A stretch of DNA of 64,000 nucleotides. Source: Candidatus Latescibacterota bacterium. GTDB taxonomy: Bacteria; Latescibacterota; UBA2968; UBA8231. Below are positions 58,960 through 64,000 of the stretch, in pieces. The notes under the pieces were generated by a model. That model did no database searches, was not told where the DNA came from, and worked only from the letters and a program-made list of their open reading frames with translations. Positions within the stretch are counted from its first letter, which is position 1. Every line of letters begins with the position of its first letter. The translations under genes were made by a program, and so were the position numbers. Where the stretch lies: NCBI GenBank assembly GCA_965243025.1, contig CBDETY010000003.1:3136001-3200000 (forward strand), in the 5' to 3' direction.

Positions 58960-59640
58960 TCAACTGGATGGGGAACGCCCGTCCTCCGAATTGCTCTCTC
59001 CGGCGCTGGACCTGCCCGGATCCTCCGGGACCCCTGGCGGCCTGTCCTCCCGCTTTTCTTTTTTCAGGTCTTCCAACAGGCACTCCATACGGGCCAGCTT
59101 CTCGACGATAGGCTGAAGAGGCCTGGAAACCCGCCGGTCCTCGGCTTCCCGCGCGGCGGCTTGCAGTTGGTTCCGAACCTGATTCGGACGGATTATGCCC
59201 GCCAGGGTTATATCGAATCCATGGTGGTGGCTTCCAAGAGTCGAAAGCCCCACGTCCCCGTAGCCCAGGATTCGACCCAGCATGCTCTGGTCCAGGTGCA
59301 CATACCGGATGTGTTCCGTGTCGACTCTGTTGATGTGTTGGGCGATGATTCCATGGCATTCCTCGACCTGGTCGTCCGCGATCGAATAACTGGTTCCTAC
59401 GGTGTGGTAGAGAAGGACCGCCATTTGCAAGATCGCGCCCGCCAAAAAGGCGAAGTAGGCGAAGACGACGATATCCGCCCTCCAGGCTCCCAGGAGTCGG
59501 TCCAGAAAGTCAAAGTCAGAATGCCAGCGATACGTCCCATAGGCCAGGGCGGCCCAAATCGCCACGATACCCAGTGAACTGAGCCTTGACCGCAAGGAAG
59601 GCCGCAAGAACACCGGCTCATCTGTCTTCGGTTCTGGCAT
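58960..59640 (-). CDS. Bacterial PH-domain (bPH_2) membrane protein
   Basis: Two TM helices, then Y.I......GII...I..V..DQSMLGRILGYGDV; GGGAG SD. Confidence 0.75.
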   Translation of the reverse strand: MPEPKTDEPVFLRPSLRSRLSSLGIVAIWAALAYGTYRWHSDFDFLDRLLGAWRADIVVFAYFAFLAGAILQMAVLLYHTVGTSYSIADDQVEECHGIIAQHINRVDTEHIRYVHLDQSMLGRILGYGDVGLSTLGSHHHGFDITLAGIIRPNQVRNQLQAAAREAEDRRVSRPLQPIVEKLARMECLLEDLKKEKREDRPPGVPEDPGRSSAGESNSEDGRSPSS

Positions 59641-60039
59641 GGTAACTCCCTTCCGATTCCTTTGGGGGCAAGGTTCGGGGCGGCTCCAGGGGTCGCCGGA
59701 TGCCCGCACGCCGTCAGCGCAGTCCCCGCCCCCTCGGGCCAGGACAACGGATGACCTCCGATAAATATAACTCCGCATGAGTGATAAACCGGTGGAAATA
59801 TGGTTCATTTTAGTGGTTTTTTTATGAAAAATGATGGGAAAAGGACTTTCGGGCGTGTTGGCTTGCCCGCTACGGGTGATGACCTTCCTCGACGATTCGG
59901 GGGTTTCCCCGGAACTTCCTCTCTTCGGGGAAGGACAACGAGACGTCGCGCACGGAAAGCGGAGAAATGGCGCAAGTCCGCCGGCATCACCAGGGGCAGG
60001 GCTGATCGATGGATGCAGGAACTGTGACTGTAACGCAGA

Positions 60040-60224
60040 GCGGCGCCTGAGACGCCCACAACGGGAGGCTGGAGCGCCAGGAGAGCACGGCAGAGGTGGT
60101 GGGCGATGCCGGGCTCGCATCGAAGATCGCGAATTCCCCTGAATTCGCGGCACCTGAGACGCCCACAACGGGAGGCTGGAGCGCCAGGAGAGCACGGCAG
60201 AGGTGGTGGGCGATGCCGGGCTCG
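60040..60224. repeat. 78-bp direct repeat (60040-60117 and 60147-60224) containing the tRNA-Val 3' end
   Basis: Two copies with one mismatch, period 107 bp. Confidence 0.92.
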
Positions 60225-60280
60225 AACCAGCGACCCCCTGCTTGTAAGGCAGGTGCTCTGACCAACTGAGCTAATCGCCC
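60204..60280 (-). tRNA. tRNA-Val (anticodon TAC)
   Basis: GGGCGATTAGCTCAGTTGGTCAGAGCA-CCTGC-CTTACAA-GCAGG-GGGTC-GCTGGTTCGAGCCCGGC-ATCGCCC-ACCA; cloverleaf with encoded CCA. Confidence 0.97.
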
Positions 60281-60381
60281 CGGCAGAAGAAGGTAGCCGC
60301 TCCTCTCGAGAGGGGCAAAGGACCGCCGGCGCCTGCATATCGAGGGGTTCCCGCCCCCTGCAACCTCGCGGTTGCGGGAAA

Positions 60382-60411
60382 TTGACGATTTCCGCGGGAC
60401 CGGGTTACATT
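60382..60411 (+). promoter_or_regulatory. Sigma70-type promoter for the tyrS leader
   Basis: TTGACG-18 nt-TACATT. Confidence 0.6.
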
Positions 60412-60443
60412 AGCGGACACTTGATTTTTTTACGGGTCGCGAA

Positions 60444-60500
60444 ATGACTTCAACGACACGCCTTCACAGCGAGTATCGCTACACCCCCGACAGGGGCTAG
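60444..60500 (+). CDS. Putative tyrS leader peptide MTSTTRLHSEYRYTPDRG
   Basis: 18-codon ORF with TAT-CGC-TAC, between promoter and terminator upstream of tyrS. Confidence 0.6.
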   Translation: MTSTTRLHSEYRYTPDRG

Positions 60501-60524
60501 CGCCGCGTTTCCTCCCGCGTATCC

Positions 60525-60558
60525 GAGCCCCCGATAGCGCTTCGGGGGCTTTTTCTTT
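60525..60558 (+). terminator. Intrinsic terminator (attenuator) in the tyrS 5' leader
   Basis: GAGCCCCCGA-TAGCGCT-TCGGGGGCTT followed by a T-tract, 30 nt before the tyrS ATG. Confidence 0.85.
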
Positions 60559-60588
60559 GTACGCCAACCAACCGCATCGAGGCGGCTT

Positions 60589-61836
60589 ATGAACATTCTC
60601 GACGATCTGCAGAACCGGGGGCTCCTCTACCAGGTTACCGAAGGCCTCGGGGAGCGGCTGCGGCAGACGCAGCCTCTGACCGTGTACGCCGGCTTCGACC
60701 CGACCGCCGACAGCCTCCAGATCGGCAACCTCGTCACCGTGCTGCTGCTGCGCCGTTTCCAGGAGGCCGGGCACGCGCCGATCGCCCTGGTAGGCGGCGG
60801 TACCGGGCTCATTGGGGATCCGGGCGGCAAGTCGGAGGAGCGCGTCCTCAATCCCGCCGAAACCGTGGCGGAGTGGGCGGAGAAAATCCGGGCCCAGCTC
60901 GAGCCCTATCTCGACTTCAATTCGCGCACCAACCCCGCGATCCTCGTCAACAACTACGAGTGGCTCGGAAAGGCCGGGGCCATCGACCTGATGCGGGACG
61001 TCGGCAAGCACTTCCCGGTCCCCTACATGCTCGCCAAGGACTCGGTCGCTTCCCGCCTCGAGGCGGGGATCTCCTACACCGAGTTCAGCTACATGGTGCT
61101 GCAGGCCTTCGACTTCCTCCAGCTCAACGAGCGCTTCGGCTGCGAGGCGCAGCTGGGCGGCAGCGACCAGTGGGGGAACATCACCGCCGGGGTCGACCTG
61201 ATCCGGCGCTCCGCCGGGCGCCGCGCCTACGGCCTCACCTGCCCCCTTGTCACCAGGGCGGACGGCAGCAAGTTCGGCAAAACCGAGGGCAGCACCGTGT
61301 GGCTCGACGGCTCCCTGACCTCGCCCTACGAGTTCTACCAGTTCTGGATCAACGCCGACGACGCCAGCGCCGTGAACTACCTGAAGGTCTTCACCTTTCT
61401 CGGAGCCGGGGAGATCGAGGCGCTCGCCGGGGCGACCGCGGAGAACCCGGGCCGGCGGGAAGCCCAGCGCGTCCTCGCCAGGGAGGTGACGGCGCTCGCC
61501 CACGGCGCCGCCGCGGCCGCCAAGGCCGAGAAGATCTCCACCGCCCTGTTCTACGGGAATCTCGGCGAGCTCGAAGAGGACGAGATCGAGCAGGGGTTCC
61601 ACGACGTCCCGACCTGGGGTATGGGGGAGCCGGAGCTCGGGCTCGTCGATCTGCTGGTCGCCTCCGGGATCTCGCCGTCGAAGCGGCAGGCCCGCCAGGA
61701 CATCGGCAGCGGCGCCATCTACGTCAACGGCGAGCGCTGCACCGAGCTCGACCGCGTCATGCGCACCCGCGACGGCCTGCACGGCAAGTACCTCGTCCTG
61801 CGCCGCGGCAGGAGCAAGTACTTCCTGATCAGGTAA
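60589..61836 (+). CDS. tyrS: Tyrosine--tRNA ligase
   Basis: YAGFDPTADSL, GGGTGLIGDP, TEFSY..LQ..D, GGSDQWGNI, KFGKT, C-terminal S4 domain. Confidence 0.97.
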   Translation: MNILDDLQNRGLLYQVTEGLGERLRQTQPLTVYAGFDPTADSLQIGNLVTVLLLRRFQEAGHAPIALVGGGTGLIGDPGGKSEERVLNPAETVAEWAEKIRAQLEPYLDFNSRTNPAILVNNYEWLGKAGAIDLMRDVGKHFPVPYMLAKDSVASRLEAGISYTEFSYMVLQAFDFLQLNERFGCEAQLGGSDQWGNITAGVDLIRRSAGRRAYGLTCPLVTRADGSKFGKTEGSTVWLDGSLTSPYEFYQFWINADDASAVNYLKVFTFLGAGEIEALAGATAENPGRREAQRVLAREVTALAHGAAAAAKAEKISTALFYGNLGELEEDEIEQGFHDVPTWGMGEPELGLVDLLVASGISPSKRQARQDIGSGAIYVNGERCTELDRVMRTRDGLHGKYLVLRRGRSKYFLIR

Positions 61837-62019
61837 GGCAGAGACCCGGGCAAGGCGGCGGAGACGGGAAGGACCGTTTTCGCAATCTCCGCGCACGGTC
61901 CCGGCTGCCGCTGAATCGGAATACGGCGCGGCTGACCCGCCCGGGGCGGCCCCCGCAGAAGCCGCATGCCGGCCGGCAGTCCCTGAGAGTTCCCAAAGAC
62001 CTGGAGCGGGCCCCCCGCC

Positions 62020-63840
62020 TCACTCCCACTCGACGGTGGCGGGCGGCTTGTGGGTGATGTCGTAGTAGACCGCCTCGATGCCGTCGAGGGCCAGCAGCTT
62101 TCCCGTGACCTCGGTGAGGAAGGGCTCGGGGAGGCGGTCGAAGCGGGCGGTCATGAAGTCGTCGGTGGTGACCGGGCGCAGCACGATGCTCTCGCGCCGC
62201 CCGTCCGAGGAAAGCGGCACCAGCACCGCCGGCATCTGCGTCACCGCGGCCATCAGCCCGTGGCGCTCCAGGGCTTCCATGGCGATCGCGTCCGCCTCCC
62301 GCAGCAGGTCGAGCCGTTCCCGCGTCAGGTACCCCTCCCTGAGGCGCTGATCCAGTCTTTTCTCCGGGCCGAGCTGCAGGACGACGCGGTTCACCTGCGG
62401 GACGGTGTTGGTAAGCTCGGTGCTCAGCCGCTCCAGGAGGTCCCAGTCGATCGCCCCGGGGGCGGCCCCGGGACCGGAGATGCGCACCGGGTGGGCGTAG
62501 CTGCGCCCGTCTCCCTGGACTCCGACGCTGCGCAGCGGCAGCAGGTCGGCGGTCAGCCCCGACCCCGTCGCCGCGGCCGCTGCCTCGTCCGGCAACCGCA
62601 GGCTCGCGGATCCGTTCTCTTCCACGCCGTCGCTGCACAGCACCCGCACCGCCAGGCCGGGGCCGGGGAACGGGTGGCGCCAGACCAGGCGGCGCGGCAG
62701 CCCGAGCTTCTCCCCCAGCTCCCGCACCTCGTCCTTGTACAGGTCGCCGAGGGGCTCGACGATCCTGCCTTCGGCCAGCAGCTGCTCGACGACGGGGACG
62801 CGGTTGTGGTGGGTCTTGATGGTCTCGGCGTGGGCCGTCCCTCCCGACTCGATGCGGTCGGTGTAGAGAGTCCCCTGCCCCAGCAGCCACTCTTCCGGGT
62901 CGAGGGCGAGATCCTCGAGGGCGCGGTCCCGGGTGCGGATGAACTCGTCGCCGATGCGCCGGCGCTTGACCTCGGGATCGCTGACCCCGGCGACCGCGGC
63001 GAGGAACTCCGGGCCGGCGTCGACTACCTTGAGGTTCTCGAACCCCGACTCCCGCATCAGCCCGGCCACCGTTGCGGTCTCGTTCTTGCGCATGAAGCCG
63101 TTGTCGATGTGCAGGCCGAGGACGCGGTCGCTGCCCAGGGCCCTGTTCAGCAGCAGGAAGCAGACGCTCGAATCGACGCCGCCGCTGACGAAAAGGAACA
63201 GCTTGCGGCCGGCGCAGCGCTCCCGCAGCGAGGCCACCGACTCGCCGATGAAGTTCTCCATCGTCCAGGTGCGCTCGCACCCGCACAGGTCGAGGAAGTT
63301 GTCGAGAATCCGCATCCCCGACTCGGTGTGGGTGACCTCGGGATGGAACTGCATGCCCCAGATGCGGCGCTCCGGGTCCCCCATCGCCGCCACCGGACAG
63401 TCGTCGGTCTCGCCGAGGCGCTCGAACCCGGGCGGCATCTCCGCGACCGTGTCGCGGTGGCTCATCCAGATCTTTTCCACCGGGGACAGGCCTCCAAGCA
63501 CACCGGTCGCCGAGTGCACGCGCAGCGACGCCGCCCCGAACTCCATGCGGTCGCCGGGTTCGACGCGCCCCCCGAGATGGTGGCAGAGCAGCTGGTGGCC
63601 GTAGCAGAGCCCGAGCAGCGGCAGGCCGCAGGCGGCCACCTCCGGATCGAACGGCGGCCGGTCCTCGGCGTAGACGCTGGCCGGTCCCCCGGAAAGGACG
63701 ATGCCGCGGACGTTCCGCAGGCGGTCCGGGTGGGTATCCGGAGGGAGTGTCTCGGCGTAGACGTTGAGGCGGCGGATGCGGTTGGCGATCAGGTGGGCGT
63801 ACTGACCGCCGAAGTCGAGGACGGCGATGCCGGGGTTCAC
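62020..63840 (-). CDS. guaA: GMP synthase (glutamine-hydrolysing), long form
   Basis: LDFGGQY, GLCYG, QFHPEV, SGGVDS, IKTHHN, RHPFPGPGL, KPPATVEWE. Confidence 0.96.
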   Translation of the reverse strand: MNPGIAVLDFGGQYAHLIANRIRRLNVYAETLPPDTHPDRLRNVRGIVLSGGPASVYAEDRPPFDPEVAACGLPLLGLCYGHQLLCHHLGGRVEPGDRMEFGAASLRVHSATGVLGGLSPVEKIWMSHRDTVAEMPPGFERLGETDDCPVAAMGDPERRIWGMQFHPEVTHTESGMRILDNFLDLCGCERTWTMENFIGESVASLRERCAGRKLFLFVSGGVDSSVCFLLLNRALGSDRVLGLHIDNGFMRKNETATVAGLMRESGFENLKVVDAGPEFLAAVAGVSDPEVKRRRIGDEFIRTRDRALEDLALDPEEWLLGQGTLYTDRIESGGTAHAETIKTHHNRVPVVEQLLAEGRIVEPLGDLYKDEVRELGEKLGLPRRLVWRHPFPGPGLAVRVLCSDGVEENGSASLRLPDEAAAAATGSGLTADLLPLRSVGVQGDGRSYAHPVRISGPGAAPGAIDWDLLERLSTELTNTVPQVNRVVLQLGPEKRLDQRLREGYLTRERLDLLREADAIAMEALERHGLMAAVTQMPAVLVPLSSDGRRESIVLRPVTTDDFMTARFDRLPEPFLTEVTGKLLALDGIEAVYYDITHKPPATVEWE

Positions 63841-63934
63841 GGGGTGCTCCCCCGGGGAGAGGGTGACATCGAAGCGCGGGGAGAAGCCGAATATAGAGCC
63901 GGCGAACCGCGGTGCAACCGCCCGAATACCCGCC

Positions 63935-64000
63935 TTACCGGATCAGGGTCATCTTCCGCCTCAGGACCAGCGCCCCGACCCTGAACTGGCAGTAGTAGAC
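63935..64000 (-). CDS. 3' end of a secreted protein with FlgD/T9SS type-A-like C-terminal domain (partial)
   Basis: VYYCQFRVGALVLRRKMTLIR-stop resembles the GVY.Y...RKM.L.K tail. Confidence 0.6.
   Translation of the reverse strand, partial: VYYCQFRVGALVLRRKMTLIR

Noticed and set aside
60040-60224. CRISPR-like repeat-spacer-repeat
   Set aside because: Only two 78-bp copies derived from the tRNA end; no cas genes
60420-60560. T-box riboswitch upstream of tyrS
   Set aside because: No UGGNACC T-box bulge or stem I motifs, and the leader is short; a leader-peptide model fits better

Overview
GC-rich bacterial chromosomal segment with about 50 genes, mostly for carbohydrate and small-molecule uptake and catabolism: two ABC importers, several uncharacterised glycoside-hydrolase-like proteins, AKRs, SDRs, an FGGY kinase with a class II aldolase, hydantoinase/oxoprolinase A+B, an RraA-like aldolase, an M81 peptidase, HADs and a MetE-like protein. 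The right end carries tRNA-Val(TAC), tyrS and guaA. A T9SS/FlgD-like C-terminal tail, a C-terminal 'SWGRIK' motif, AAA_14/DUF4143 and Uma2 genes, and several eukaryote-like genes suggest an FCB-superphylum (Latescibacterota-like), possibly animal/sponge-associated organism; this is inference. No integrase, transposase, CRISPR array or rRNA was seen. Most notable: (1) a candidate ribosome-mediated tyrosine attenuator upstream of tyrS, with a Tyr-Arg-Tyr leader peptide, alternative antiterminator/terminator pairing and no T-box; (2) many intergenic spacers that fold into long, sequence-unrelated rod-like imperfect palindromes; (3) a TonB-like-anchored DUF4159 protein paired with a large orphan outer-membrane protein carrying Ca-binding repeats; (4) eukaryote-type enzymes (AGPS, ERG24-type sterol reductase, metazoan-architecture GMP synthase, SET domain, PQQ-dehydrogenase-ankyrin fusion); (5) a tRNA-linked 78-bp repeat beside an AT-richer islet. 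All product calls rest on motif recognition by eye, not database searches.
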